Source: Candidatus Korarchaeum cryptofilum OPF8 (GTDB lineage: Archaea > Korarchaeota > Korarchaeia > Korarchaeales > Korarchaeaceae). Taken from it: a stretch of 32,000 nucleotides of DNA. Below the pieces are notes generated by a model. It was given only the letters and a program-made list of their open reading frames with translations, was not told where the DNA came from and ran no database searches. Within the stretch, counting starts at the first letter, position 1; each line of letters starts with the position of its first letter. Shown piece by piece: positions 17,797 to 26,305 of this stretch. Location: positions 1,320,001 to 1,352,000 of the forward strand of contig NC_010482.1 of NCBI RefSeq assembly GCF_000019605.1. The letters are read 5' to 3'. Made by a program: the position numbers and the translations under genes.

Positions 17797-19029
17797 TTAA
17801 TCCCTCACCTCATACCTCAATATAGCCACTATCCCGCCCAGGGACCTCAGCTGCATCCCCCACTCGGTATTCGGGCTTATCACGTAAACCTCAGCACCAG
17901 CTTGCTTCCCCATCTCCCCGAAATATTCGACCAAATCTATTTCCTCCACACTGTAACTTGTGGCCTTGCAGTTCGGGCACTCCCAGGATTCTACGTTCTC
18001 CTCCTTCCTCAGTATCCTCCCCTCCTCATAGCCGCAGATCTCGCACCTCACCTTGACCTTCTTCATCGGGAGCTCCTCCATTATCAGAATTTTCTCAGCG
18101 GCTCCGGATTCTATGGCCCTCTCAACCTCCCTGAGACCATATGCAACCCTGTTCGGATTCTTAGCTAGCAGCCTGAATACCTCCTCGACCAGGCTCCTCT
18201 CCTTATGGAGCGTCGATTCCTTGAGTAGGTCCTCTGACTTCATTATCAGCTCCCTCAATCCCTGCTCCTCCGTGTAGGATAGGGGAAGGTTCGCTATGAC
18301 CTTCTCCTTCAGCCTGTAATCCAGGTAATTCCCCTCCTCGAACCTCTCCCTGGCGTCCCCGGGGCCGCCTATTATTATGCCCTCGAGCTCATCGAGAAGG
18401 GGGAGGAGCACCTCATTGGCCCTCATTCCCAGCCTCTTGAAGAAATCGTGGACCCTCTCCTCCCTTATTCTCTCGAACCTCCTCTGACTCTGGCCTCCGG
18501 CACTGTGCTTGGGAGGTATATCCGATGTGACCCAGTCCACTATCTCATAATTCGATCCCCTCAGCGTGGCTATCAATCCCCCTCCCCTGTCCATGACTAT
18601 CAGCCCGTAAACCTTCTTCTCCCTCGCCATGTCCTCCAGGGGCTCCAGGTAGAACTCGTGATCGCAGATGTACTGGAAAGATCTTACCGGTTCAGGGGGC
18701 TCTATCACGTAAATCTCTATCTTCTCAGTCCCCCTGTCCTTCCCCTGAGGTATAGCTCCGCAGAATATCACTAAGCCATTGCTCGGTATCTCCCTATACA
18801 ATTTAAGCCTCTGTATTATGCTCTCTATAGCGCTCTGCACGTTCTTCCTCGTCAATTTATCCTTTATGTTCCCAGCTTGATCGTACTCATCCCTGAGGTA
18901 CTTGATCACATCGTATACGTTCTTATTCGGGGGTATGTAGAGTGATATTAACTCGGTCCCCCTCCCGACCTTAGCCTTCAACTCCCTCAGAAGTTTCTTG
19001 AACTCATATCTCTCGTACATTAGTGACAT
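17797..19029 (-). CDS. prf1: peptide chain release factor aRF1
   Basis: The 410-aa ORF has the GGQ motif (HSAGGQSQRRF), a NIKS-like motif (AGNIKDK) and a CxxC..CxxC insertion in the C-terminal domain. Confidence 0.9.
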   Translation of the reverse strand: MSLMYERYEFKKLLRELKAKVGRGTELISLYIPPNKNVYDVIKYLRDEYDQAGNIKDKLTRKNVQSAIESIIQRLKLYREIPSNGLVIFCGAIPQGKDRGTEKIEIYVIEPPEPVRSFQYICDHEFYLEPLEDMAREKKVYGLIVMDRGGGLIATLRGSNYEIVDWVTSDIPPKHSAGGQSQRRFERIREERVHDFFKRLGMRANEVLLPLLDELEGIIIGGPGDARERFEEGNYLDYRLKEKVIANLPLSYTEEQGLRELIMKSEDLLKESTLHKERSLVEEVFRLLAKNPNRVAYGLREVERAIESGAAEKILIMEELPMKKVKVRCEICGYEEGRILRKEENVESWECPNCKATSYSVEEIDLVEYFGEMGKQAGAEVYVISPNTEWGMQLRSLGGIVAILRYEVRD

Positions 19030-19091
19030 TTTCCCATTCCGATGCTAGGTCCCATCCCATAATTTAAAAGCTATCGATCCCGAGCATCAGC

Positions 19092-20261
19092 GTGCAGCTG
19101 GTGATCTTCGAGGATCGGGGAGTTGAGGCTCTGAGCCCGATAACTGATCTAATACCGATGCAGGAGGTAGTAGTGGGTGGGGCGAAGCAGTTCATAAGGT
19201 TGGAGAGGCTCCTAGATATGGAGAGCAGGTGGATAGTCAGGGATCACATGGAATTGAGGGTCCCCGAATCCAGGAAGCCGGATTACGGGTCTCCAGCCAT
19301 AATCCTGAATTCCAGGCTCCTCTCCACGGATCTCAGCCTTAAACTGGATTACGGTGAGGCCCTGATCTGCGGGAGCCAGGTAGTGGCCGCTAAAGTTAGG
19401 AGCCTGGAGTGGCCACCCGAATTCGAGAGAGCTAAGCCGTGCGAAGCTAAGCTCCTTGAGAACCTCTGGGACATTTGCCCCACATCGATAGTGGAGCACT
19501 TGAGGAGCGATCTCATGAAGCTTTACGGGGGCAGTGAGATCAGGGTCAATGTCAATGTCGTGGGGAGGCATGCTGTAGTTATAGGGGAGGGAGTCGATAT
19601 CCTGGGCCCATTAACTATAGATGCCAGGGAGGGGCCCGTGATAATAGAGAAAGATGTCCTCCTGGAGCCCTATTCCTACCTCAAGGGCCCCCTCTACGTC
19701 GGGGCTGGCTCTCAGATAGTCGCGGGTAGCAGGGTAGCCGGCAGTTACCTGGGCACCGCCACCAGGGTGGGCGGCGAGGTCACCACTAGCGTAATATCGG
19801 ATTACTCCAACAAGTACCACCTGGGCTTCCTAGGCCATAGTTACGTCGGCAGGTGGGTCAACATAGGCGCCGGCTCGATAACCTCTAATCTGAAGAACAC
19901 ATACGGCGAGGTCAAGGTGAGGGGAGCTTCTACAGGGCTGAGCAGGATAGGGGCCTTCATAGGGGATCACGCTAAGCTCTCCATAGGAACCCTCACTTAC
20001 GCTGGTACTGTGATAGGCACCGCATCCCACGTCCACGGCTTGGTGAGGGAGGAGGTACCTCCTTTCACGATATACGGGAGGAGCTTGGGCTGGGAGCCCG
20101 TGGAGATAGAGCTGGATTCTGTTATAAGGACCTACAGGAGGATGGCCCCCAGGAGGAACTTGGAGCCGGATCCCAGGGAGGAGAAGCTCCTCGAATTGCT
20201 TTTCGAGAGGACTGAGGATCTCAGGAGGAGGATGGGAGTCAGGAAAGGTAGGCTAGGGTGA
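19092..20261 (+). CDS. GlmU-like protein with a left-handed beta-helix (hexapeptide-repeat) domain; putative sugar nucleotidyl/acyl-transferase family
   Basis: The 389-aa ORF has C-terminal runs of [LIV]G..... hexapeptide periodicity (VGAGSQIVAGSRVAGSYLG..., VNIGAGSITSN...). The N-terminus MQLVIFEDRG..L.P.T fits a nucleotidyltransferase-like fold. Confidence 0.6.
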   Translation: MQLVIFEDRGVEALSPITDLIPMQEVVVGGAKQFIRLERLLDMESRWIVRDHMELRVPESRKPDYGSPAIILNSRLLSTDLSLKLDYGEALICGSQVVAAKVRSLEWPPEFERAKPCEAKLLENLWDICPTSIVEHLRSDLMKLYGGSEIRVNVNVVGRHAVVIGEGVDILGPLTIDAREGPVIIEKDVLLEPYSYLKGPLYVGAGSQIVAGSRVAGSYLGTATRVGGEVTTSVISDYSNKYHLGFLGHSYVGRWVNIGAGSITSNLKNTYGEVKVRGASTGLSRIGAFIGDHAKLSIGTLTYAGTVIGTASHVHGLVREEVPPFTIYGRSLGWEPVEIELDSVIRTYRRMAPRRNLEPDPREEKLLELLFERTEDLRRRMGVRKGRLG

Positions 20262-20333
20262 AGCCGGGTGGGGGATTCGAACCCCCGTCCACGGGTCTGC
20301 AGCCCGCTGCCTATGCCGCTCGGCCAACCCGGC
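20262..20333 (-). tRNA. tRNA-Cys (anticodon GCA)
   Basis: The reverse complement is GCCGGGTTGGCCGAGCGGCATAGGCAGCGGGCTGCAGACCCGTGGACGGGGGTTCGAATCCCCCACCCGGCT. The loop is CUGCAGA and the discriminator is U73. It abuts the stop codon of 19092..20261. Confidence 0.9.
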
Positions 20334-20513
20334 GATTCAATTATACGGCTGGATCTAATAACCTTTGCCATCAGCTGGCGTCAATATAACCAAAATATTC
20401 TAAAAATTTTTAACTTTAAATGCACAATTTTTCATTAATATATTTCAATATTTGAAATTTTTATAATAAATTTCCCTAAAAACTCCTCATCCCTCGCCTG
20501 CGGTCCTGGGAAA

Positions 20514-20521
20514 TTTTATAT
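20514..20521 (+). promoter_or_regulatory. candidate TATA box for the tRNA-Arg/Gly/His cluster
   Basis: TTTTATAT lies about 32-39 nt upstream of the first tRNA 5' end. Confidence 0.5.
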
Positions 20522-20552
20522 TTGGGAAGCGTTGGGGAGAGTAGAGCCCCCA

Positions 20553-20630
20553 GGGCCCGTAGCTCAGCAAGGATAGAGCGGCGGCCTCCTAAGCCGCAGG
20601 CCGAGGGTTCGAGTCCCTCCGGGCCCGCCA
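20553..20630 (+). tRNA. tRNA-Arg (anticodon CCU), with genomically encoded 3' CCA
   Basis: The sequence is GGGCCCGTAGCTCAGCAAGGATAGAGCGGCGGCCTCCTAAGCCGCAGGCCGAGGGTTCGAGTCCCTCCGGGCCCGCCA. The loop is CUCCUAA. Confidence 0.9.
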
Positions 20631-20634
20631 TTGA

Positions 20635-20708
20635 GCGGCCGTAGTCTAGCCTGGACAGGATGCCGGCCCCCCAAGCCGGCGACCCGGGTTCAAATCCCGG
20701 CGGCCGCA
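20635..20708 (+). tRNA. tRNA-Gly (anticodon CCC), with an unusual C at position 33
   Basis: The sequence is GCGGCCGTAGTCTAGCCTGGACAGGATGCCGGCCCCCCAAGCCGGCGACCCGGGTTCAAATCCCGGCGGCCGCA. Acceptor, D and T arms are the same as tRNA-Gly(GCC) at 990-1063. The anticodon stem is CCGGC/GCCGG and the loop is CCCCCAA. Confidence 0.8.
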
Positions 20709-20715
20709 TCCCTAA

Positions 20716-20788
20716 GCCGGGGTGAGGTAGCCTGGTAACCTGGGGGCCTGTGGAGCCCTTAACCCGGGTTCAAATCCCGGCCCCGGCC
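20716..20788 (+). tRNA. tRNA-His (anticodon GUG)
   Basis: The sequence is GCCGGGGTGAGGTAGCCTGGTAACCTGGGGGCCTGTGGAGCCCTTAACCCGGGTTCAAATCCCGGCCCCGGCC. The loop is CUGUGGA and the discriminator is C73. The base at -1 is A. Confidence 0.85.
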
Positions 20789-20802
20789 TCCCAAAGCGCA
20801 AC

Positions 20803-20807
20803 TTTTT
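20803..20807 (+). terminator. oligo-T tract downstream of the tRNA cluster
   Basis: A TTTTT run lies 15 nt after tRNA-His and is followed by further T-rich sequence. Confidence 0.35.
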
Positions 20808-20852
20808 AAGTTCTTTCTTTCAATCCTCTTTTCATCGAGACTAACTTTTGAG

Positions 20853-20925
20853 TGGACCCGGCGGGACTCGAACCCGCGGCCTCCGGCTTGCAAAGCCGGC
20901 GCTCTACCGCCTGAGCTACGGGCCC
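20853..20925 (-). tRNA. tRNA-Ala (anticodon UGC)
   Basis: The reverse complement is GGGCCCGTAGCTCAGGCGGTAGAGCGCCGGCTTTGCAAGCCGGAGGCCGCGGGTTCGAGTCCCGCCGGGTCCA. It has G3:U70 and loop UUUGCAA. Confidence 0.9.
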
Positions 20926-21168
20926 CTCCTCACTGGAATTTCGCATTAAAAAACCTTAGCCCCGCTACCCCGAAATATTCGCTAAATAAATTTCCAATAG
21001 ATCCATTTAAATTTAAATTTCAAAGCTTTTGGTGGGGCGGCCTCATCTTACTTGATCGAATGCTTTATGGCGATCGCGAGCCACACTTTCGTCGGGCCCG
21101 GACCTTAGTTTAAATATGGGCATCCTGCCACTCTGTAGAGAGAGGAAGCTTGAGGTAGGGGATGAGGT

Positions 21169-22371
21169 TTGAAGTCAATGATAAGGACCGCTACTAGGAG
21201 AGTTGATGAGGGAGTTAGGGAGATCCCCCAGAAGGTATCGCCTGAGGACTCGAGCCTGAAGGAATTCCTGGAGAAAGTCAAGGCCAGGATCGTGATAATG
21301 GGGGTAGGAGGGGGAGGAAGCAACACTATAACTAGGCTGAACGCTATAGGGATAGATTCAGTTGAGACAGTCGCCGTCAATACGGATGCTCAGCACCTAC
21401 TCATAACGACAGCCGATAGGAAGCTCCTGATAGGCAAGGAGCTATGCGGTGGCAACGGATCCGGAGGGGATCCGCACATAGGCGAGGAAGCGGCTAGAGA
21501 GAGCGCGGATGAGATTGAGGAATTCCTGAGTGGCAGCGATCTCTTATTCATAATGGCGGGCTTGGGAGGCGGTACTGGGACAGGGGCCTCCCCGGTCATA
21601 GCGGAGATAGGTAAGAGGGTCGGAGCCGCTGTAGTATCTGTGGTGACGCTTCCGTTCACCGCTGAAGGAGCGAAGAAGAGGGAAATCGCTATGAAAGGAT
21701 TAGCTAAATTGGCATCGGTCTCAGATACTATAGTAGTGGTGAATAACGATAAGATCCTGGAGATAGCGAAGGAGTTGCCACTCTATCAGGCCTTCTTCAT
21801 ATCCGATGAGATAGTGGCTAGAGCTGTGAAAGGAGTCGTGGAGCTCGTCGTGAAGCCTGGTCTCGTGAACGTCGATCTGGCCGATCTCAGGAACGTTATA
21901 GAGAGCGGAGGGCCAGCCGTCCTTACCTTCGGGGAGAGCGATGGTGAGAACAGGGCTATGGAGGCTGTCGATGACGCTTTAGGCAATCCACTGCTCGATG
22001 CCGATATATCCGGAGGGAAGGCGGCCATAATCAACATAACCTCCGGCCCCGATTTCTCCCTCGAGGAGATGCAGCAGATAGTTGAGACCATAGTCAGCTC
22101 GCTGGACCCCAACGCCAACGTCATCTGGGGAGCTAGGATAGATGAGTCCCTCAAGGGCTCGGTTCAGGTGCTCCTAGTGGTCACCGGAGTAGCATCGCCC
22201 ACAGTGGAGGCAGCCCTCCAGGGAGAGCTGAGGGAGCCCTTCGTGGAGAGGGCCACCAAGCCCAAGGTGGAGAAAGCTGCTAAAGCGCTCCCCAGGGTGA
22301 CGGAGAGGAAGACCATACCCATAGCCAGGGAAGTCAGGGAGAGGAGTGACTTAGGAATAGATGAGTTATGA
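21169..22371 (+). CDS. ftsZ: cell division protein FtsZ. The start may be the ATG at 21178.
   Basis: The tubulin/FtsZ signatures GVGGGGSNTI and GLGGGTGTGASPVIAEI are present. The ORF is 400 aa. Confidence 0.9.
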   Translation: MKSMIRTATRRVDEGVREIPQKVSPEDSSLKEFLEKVKARIVIMGVGGGGSNTITRLNAIGIDSVETVAVNTDAQHLLITTADRKLLIGKELCGGNGSGGDPHIGEEAARESADEIEEFLSGSDLLFIMAGLGGGTGTGASPVIAEIGKRVGAAVVSVVTLPFTAEGAKKREIAMKGLAKLASVSDTIVVVNNDKILEIAKELPLYQAFFISDEIVARAVKGVVELVVKPGLVNVDLADLRNVIESGGPAVLTFGESDGENRAMEAVDDALGNPLLDADISGGKAAIINITSGPDFSLEEMQQIVETIVSSLDPNANVIWGARIDESLKGSVQVLLVVTGVASPTVEAALQGELREPFVERATKPKVEKAAKALPRVTERKTIPIAREVRERSDLGIDEL

Positions 22372-22564
22372 GGGGAGGAGGATGCCGGAGAAGGAGAGGA
22401 AGGAGGGTTTAATAGATTACATAGTTCAGACTTTGAAGGTAGCTGAGAAACCGGGATGGGATGAGATCTGGGCAACTTTCAAGGTAACAGTGACTGGATT
22501 CTTCCTCATAGGGCTAATAGGGTTTCTGATCCAGTTAATAGCGCTTTACATAGCGGGTGGATGA
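22361..22564 (+). CDS. secE: protein translocase subunit SecE/Sec61-gamma. The likely start is the ATG at 22382.
   Basis: It is a small protein with a single C-terminal TM helix (VTVTGFFLIGLIGFLIQLIALYI). It sits in the conserved position between ftsZ and spt5. Confidence 0.75.
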   Translation: MSYEGRRMPEKERKEGLIDYIVQTLKVAEKPGWDEIWATFKVTVTGFFLIGLIGFLIQLIALYIAGG

Positions 22565-23045
22565 GATGGAGCAGAGGCAATCCCTCTTCTTCCCCGTCAG
22601 GGTGATCTCTGGGAAGGAGATAAACATAATGAGGCTTCTCGTGAGCAGGGTCTCATCCACCGGGGCCAAAGTCAGATCGATAATATTCGTTCCCAAATTC
22701 AAGAACTACCTCTTCGTGGAAGCTGAGAGGGAATATGAAGTTAGGAAGCTCATAGCTGGCCTCAGCAAGCTCAGATTGGCATCTTCCAGCCCGGTACCCC
22801 CTCAGGAGATAGAGGATATATTATCCTCGGAGACAGCAGGCATGGAGATAGAGCCCGGTGATATAGTGAAGATTATTAAGGGGAATTTCAAGGGCTATAG
22901 GGCTGTGGTAATAGCCACACCGGAGGGCAAGAGTAAGATGCTGACGCTGAAGCTCCTGGATATAGATAGGGATTGGGAGGTGAAGATGCCCGTGATCAAC
23001 GTTAAGCTACTGGAGAGGGGCAAGGGAGGTGGAGAAGTTGCCTAA
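22557..23045 (+). CDS. spt5: transcription elongation factor Spt5 (NusG)
   Basis: It has an NGN domain ([10 protein letters not shown]...YLFVEAE) and a KOW motif ([18 protein letters not shown]). Confidence 0.85.
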   Translation: MDEMEQRQSLFFPVRVISGKEINIMRLLVSRVSSTGAKVRSIIFVPKFKNYLFVEAEREYEVRKLIAGLSKLRLASSSPVPPQEIEDILSSETAGMEIEPGDIVKIIKGNFKGYRAVVIATPEGKSKMLTLKLLDIDRDWEVKMPVINVKLLERGKGGGEVA

Positions 23046-23517
23046 GAAAATCGTGAGGGTCCTAATAGAGGGAGGCAAAGCTACACCGGGTCCCCCCCTC
23101 GGGCCAGCTCTAGGAGGGCTCGGCCTGAACATGGGGCAGATCGTGAAGGAGATAAACGAGAAGACGAGCAGCTACTCTGGAATGAGGGTACCGGTGGAGA
23201 TAGAAGTCGATACCGAGACGAAGAAATTCGAGATAAGGGTCGGTACTCCCCCCACTTCCATGCTCATACTGAGGGAGCTTAAAGCTGAGAAAGGCTCATC
23301 CGACGCTTCGAAGAAGATAGGGAATTTGAAGATGGAGACCGTTGTGAATATAGCTAAGATGAAGCTGGCTAGCTCCAATACTCCCGAGCTCAAGCAGGTG
23401 GTGAAGCAGGTCCTCGGGACAGCCCTCTCGATGGGCGTAACAGTGGAGGGCAAGGACCCGAGGGAGGTACAGAGGGAAGTGGATTCCGGAGCTTGGGATA
23501 AGTTGTTGGGTGGTTGA
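23029..23517 (+). CDS. rpl11: 50S ribosomal protein L11 (uL11)
   Basis: The motif [29 protein letters not shown] is diagnostic. Confidence 0.9.
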   Translation: MEKLPKKIVRVLIEGGKATPGPPLGPALGGLGLNMGQIVKEINEKTSSYSGMRVPVEIEVDTETKKFEIRVGTPPTSMLILRELKAEKGSSDASKKIGNLKMETVVNIAKMKLASSNTPELKQVVKQVLGTALSMGVTVEGKDPREVQREVDSGAWDKLLGG

Positions 23518-24199
23518 TATGTCCAAGCTGCTCACTGAGAGTGATTCCTTGAAGGTGATCAGGAGGATACTCGAGGGAAGCCCCAAGAGGAGGTTCAACG
23601 AGGCCGTGGATCTCGTAGTGGTTCTGAGGGGAATAGACCTGAAGAGGGATCCAAACGCGAAGATAAATGAGGTGGTGGAGCTCCCCCATTCACCGAGGAA
23701 CAGGAAAACGAAGGTGGCTGTGATAGGGAAGGGAGAGTTCCTCTCTAAAGCTAAGGAAGCCGGTGCGGATAGAGTGCTCGAACCTGAGGAGATAGAGGCC
23801 ATAGCTGCTAATAAGAGGGCCCTTAAGAAGCTGGCTAATGAGTACGATTTCTTCATAGCTCAAGCCGATGTCCTGCCCAAGATAGTGAAGTATATAGGTC
23901 CAGTACTCGGGCCCAGGAACAAGATGCCAATAAACCTGCCAGCCATGGCCGTGTCCCAGCTACCAGACCTTATAGAGAAGCTGAGGAGATCCGTGAGGAT
24001 AAGGACGAAGGATCAGCCGATAATACATACGAAGGTGGGCTCGAGGGATATGAAGCCCGAGGAGATAGTTGAGAATATAAGGGCGGTGCTCTCAGCTATA
24101 GAGAGGAAGTACGAGGATCCATCCAAGATATCGAGGGTCTACGTGAAGACTACGATGGGGCCGGCTGAGGAGCTCCCGTTGGCGGCTGGGAGGAGGTGA
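23510..24199 (+). CDS. rpl1: 50S ribosomal protein L1 (uL1)
   Basis: The 229-aa ORF contains ...[20 protein letters not shown]... and ...[11 protein letters not shown].... It follows rpl11. Confidence 0.9.
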   Translation: MVDMSKLLTESDSLKVIRRILEGSPKRRFNEAVDLVVVLRGIDLKRDPNAKINEVVELPHSPRNRKTKVAVIGKGEFLSKAKEAGADRVLEPEEIEAIAANKRALKKLANEYDFFIAQADVLPKIVKYIGPVLGPRNKMPINLPAMAVSQLPDLIEKLRRSVRIRTKDQPIIHTKVGSRDMKPEEIVENIRAVLSAIERKYEDPSKISRVYVKTTMGPAEELPLAAGRR

Positions 24200-25068
24200 A
24201 TATGGCTCTGGAGACCGTGAGGAGGAGTAGTGCCAGGATAAGGAAGGAGGAGGCCATAAATAAGTTCCTGAAGCTCCTCAAGGAATACCCGACTGTGATG
24301 ATCGGGGACTTCTCCAGGATACCCGCTAACCATTTCGAGAGAGTGAGGAGGGAGCTTTCCCCTGATGTCAAGTTCTTCGTCATGAAGAAGACTCTATTCA
24401 AGAAAGCCTGCGAGCTCTCAAATAGGGAGGGCCTGAAGAAGCTCTCAGAAATGGTGCCCCAGAGCTTAGTGGTCATATTCAGCAGGAAGGACCCATTCGA
24501 TACCTACAAGCTCCTCTCAGAGAGGAAGACCGAGATATTCATGAAGCCCGGGGATGTAGCTGAGGAGGATGTCGTAATACCGGCTGGCCCGACGGATCTG
24601 GCTCCAGGTCCCATACTGATGGATCTGAGGGCCATGAATATACCTACGAAGATACAGGGAGGGAAGGTAGCTATAGCTGAGAGCGTGACCATCCTGAAGA
24701 AGGGCCAGAAGGCCTCAGCTCAGATAGCCGACCTCCTCAGGGCGCTGAACATAAAGCCCCTCAAAGTGGGCTTCAAGGTGACCGGGGCTATAGATGAGAG
24801 CGGCCTCATCTACTCACCTGAAGTGCTCTCCGTGACGAGGGAGGACATCCTCAGGCTACTGCAGGAAGCCCACATGAGGTCCTTGAACCTCGCTATAGAG
24901 TTGGGAGAGATAAACAGGCACACTTTAGCTCCTATGATGCAGAGAGCTGCTGCAAGGGCTATAGCTCTCTCAATGAGGCTGAACTGGGTCAGCGATCTCA
25001 CCATACCGCTGCTGCTCAGGAAAGCAGTGCAGTTAGCGAAGTTCCTGAACGAGAAAATAGGGGGTTAG
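24196..25068 (+). CDS. rpl10: 50S ribosomal stalk protein P0 (uL10), a short form lacking the usual C-terminal tail
   Basis: The N-terminus KEEAINKFLKLLKEYPTVMIGDFSRIPANHFERVRREL is typical of L10/P0. The protein is 290 aa and ends ...QLAKFLNEKIGG. Confidence 0.85.
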   Translation: MNMALETVRRSSARIRKEEAINKFLKLLKEYPTVMIGDFSRIPANHFERVRRELSPDVKFFVMKKTLFKKACELSNREGLKKLSEMVPQSLVVIFSRKDPFDTYKLLSERKTEIFMKPGDVAEEDVVIPAGPTDLAPGPILMDLRAMNIPTKIQGGKVAIAESVTILKKGQKASAQIADLLRALNIKPLKVGFKVTGAIDESGLIYSPEVLSVTREDILRLLQEAHMRSLNLAIELGEINRHTLAPMMQRAAARAIALSMRLNWVSDLTIPLLLRKAVQLAKFLNEKIGG

Positions 25069-26201
25069 CCCCTCATCTCTCCCAAATATGGTTTATAGGA
25101 TCTGAGTACATCCTCCCACTCCACATCCCCAAACAACCCTCTTTCTCTCTGCCATTTCTGAAGCCTGTATAGGGGCTCTATCAACTCCTTCTCGCTCTCG
25201 AATATCTCCCTCACCCTCGAGAATTCCTCTATGAGGTAATTTGCGACTAACTCCTTCAGATCCATCGGGTGGACTTCTCCAGCTATGTACATCCTCTCCA
25301 GTTGCTCGTAGCTATTCACCTCAACTTCTCCCCCGCCAGCGGCCCTGCTCCTCTTCACCACGATCTCCCCGACCTCCGGGAGTATGAAGTACTTCGCTAT
25401 AGCCAGTATCGGATTCTTGAGCTTCCCATCTTCGTACTGATCGCCACCCGGGGGGCAGAACGCGTTCATTATCTTCTCCCTTATGAGCTCGGGGGGATCG
25501 TGAACAGCTATGTGAGATCTCGGTATACTGCTGCTCATCTTCCCGCCCGTGAGACCGGGGAGGAGGGGGGTGTGAATCGCCGTGGGCACGTACCTCTCGA
25601 CCCTCAGTGGGATATCGGAGCTGAATACTTCCCTGGTCAGGGCGTGTATCTTCCTCTGATCCGTCCCGCCTATGGCTATCTTAACGCGTAAGTAGAGTAT
25701 ATCGAGGGCCTGCATCAGTGGATACACCATGTGGGAGACCAGGGGATCCTTCCCCCTCGCCACCATAGTCATAGCCCTCCAAGCCCTCCTCGCGGTCACC
25801 CTCTGCGATAAGGTGAGGAGATCCATCACGTAGTCCTCAGATAGCTCGAAATCAGTCCCCAGTCTTATCTCTATCTGCTTCGACCCTAGTTCATGGAATA
25901 CAGTCTTCCAGTAAGTCATAGAGACCTCCTTTATCAGATCCTGGGGGCCCTTGAGATTGAGAATCGCATGTATGTCAGCCATGAGTGCGATTGAGTGGAA
26001 GCCCGCTTCTATCATATCCCTGAGCTTCCTCACCGTTATTAGGGTACCGACGTGTATGGGTCCCGAGGGCTCGTATCCTACGTAAACGTTGCCCCCCTTA
26101 CCCAGGAGCTCCTTGACCTCATCCAGGGTCATGACGAACTCATCCAGGGGTTCAGCTAGGTTCCTCAAGACGAGCTCTAAGCTACCCGTATTACCACCCA
26201 C
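25065..26201 (-). CDS. tyrS: tyrosyl-tRNA synthetase
   Basis: Class I motifs are present: PSGPIHVGT (HIGH-like) and KMSSS (KMSKS). YPLMQALD and GGTDQRKIH favour TyrRS over TrpRS. Confidence 0.8.
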   Translation of the reverse strand: MGGNTGSLELVLRNLAEPLDEFVMTLDEVKELLGKGGNVYVGYEPSGPIHVGTLITVRKLRDMIEAGFHSIALMADIHAILNLKGPQDLIKEVSMTYWKTVFHELGSKQIEIRLGTDFELSEDYVMDLLTLSQRVTARRAWRAMTMVARGKDPLVSHMVYPLMQALDILYLRVKIAIGGTDQRKIHALTREVFSSDIPLRVERYVPTAIHTPLLPGLTGGKMSSSIPRSHIAVHDPPELIREKIMNAFCPPGGDQYEDGKLKNPILAIAKYFILPEVGEIVVKRSRAAGGGEVEVNSYEQLERMYIAGEVHPMDLKELVANYLIEEFSRVREIFESEKELIEPLYRLQKWQRERGLFGDVEWEDVLRSYKPYLGEMRG

Positions 26202-26305
26202 CGGGCCCGGAGGGACTCAAATTAAATCATTTGCTCCAATCGGATTGTACATGGAGGGCCTCAGCTCAGGTCAGTAAGTTCACAGCTCATTGCCGTCACC
26301 TAACA

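Noticed and set aside
17420-17800. Track ORF 17420..17800 (+), and similarly 20476..20709 (-) and 20132..20371 (-)
   Set aside because: They run across tRNA genes (Ile/Ala; Arg/Gly; Cys), and the translations are GC-rich nonsense.
21030-21105. Moderately GC-rich patch upstream of ftsZ (GGTGGGGCGGCCTCATC...GTCGGGCCCGGACC), considered as a small ncRNA
   Set aside because: I could not find a convincing stem-loop architecture or C/D or H/ACA boxes. It lies between the tRNA-Ala promoter and the ftsZ TATA box (TTTAAATA, about 21108), so it is more likely ordinary spacer or 5' UTR.
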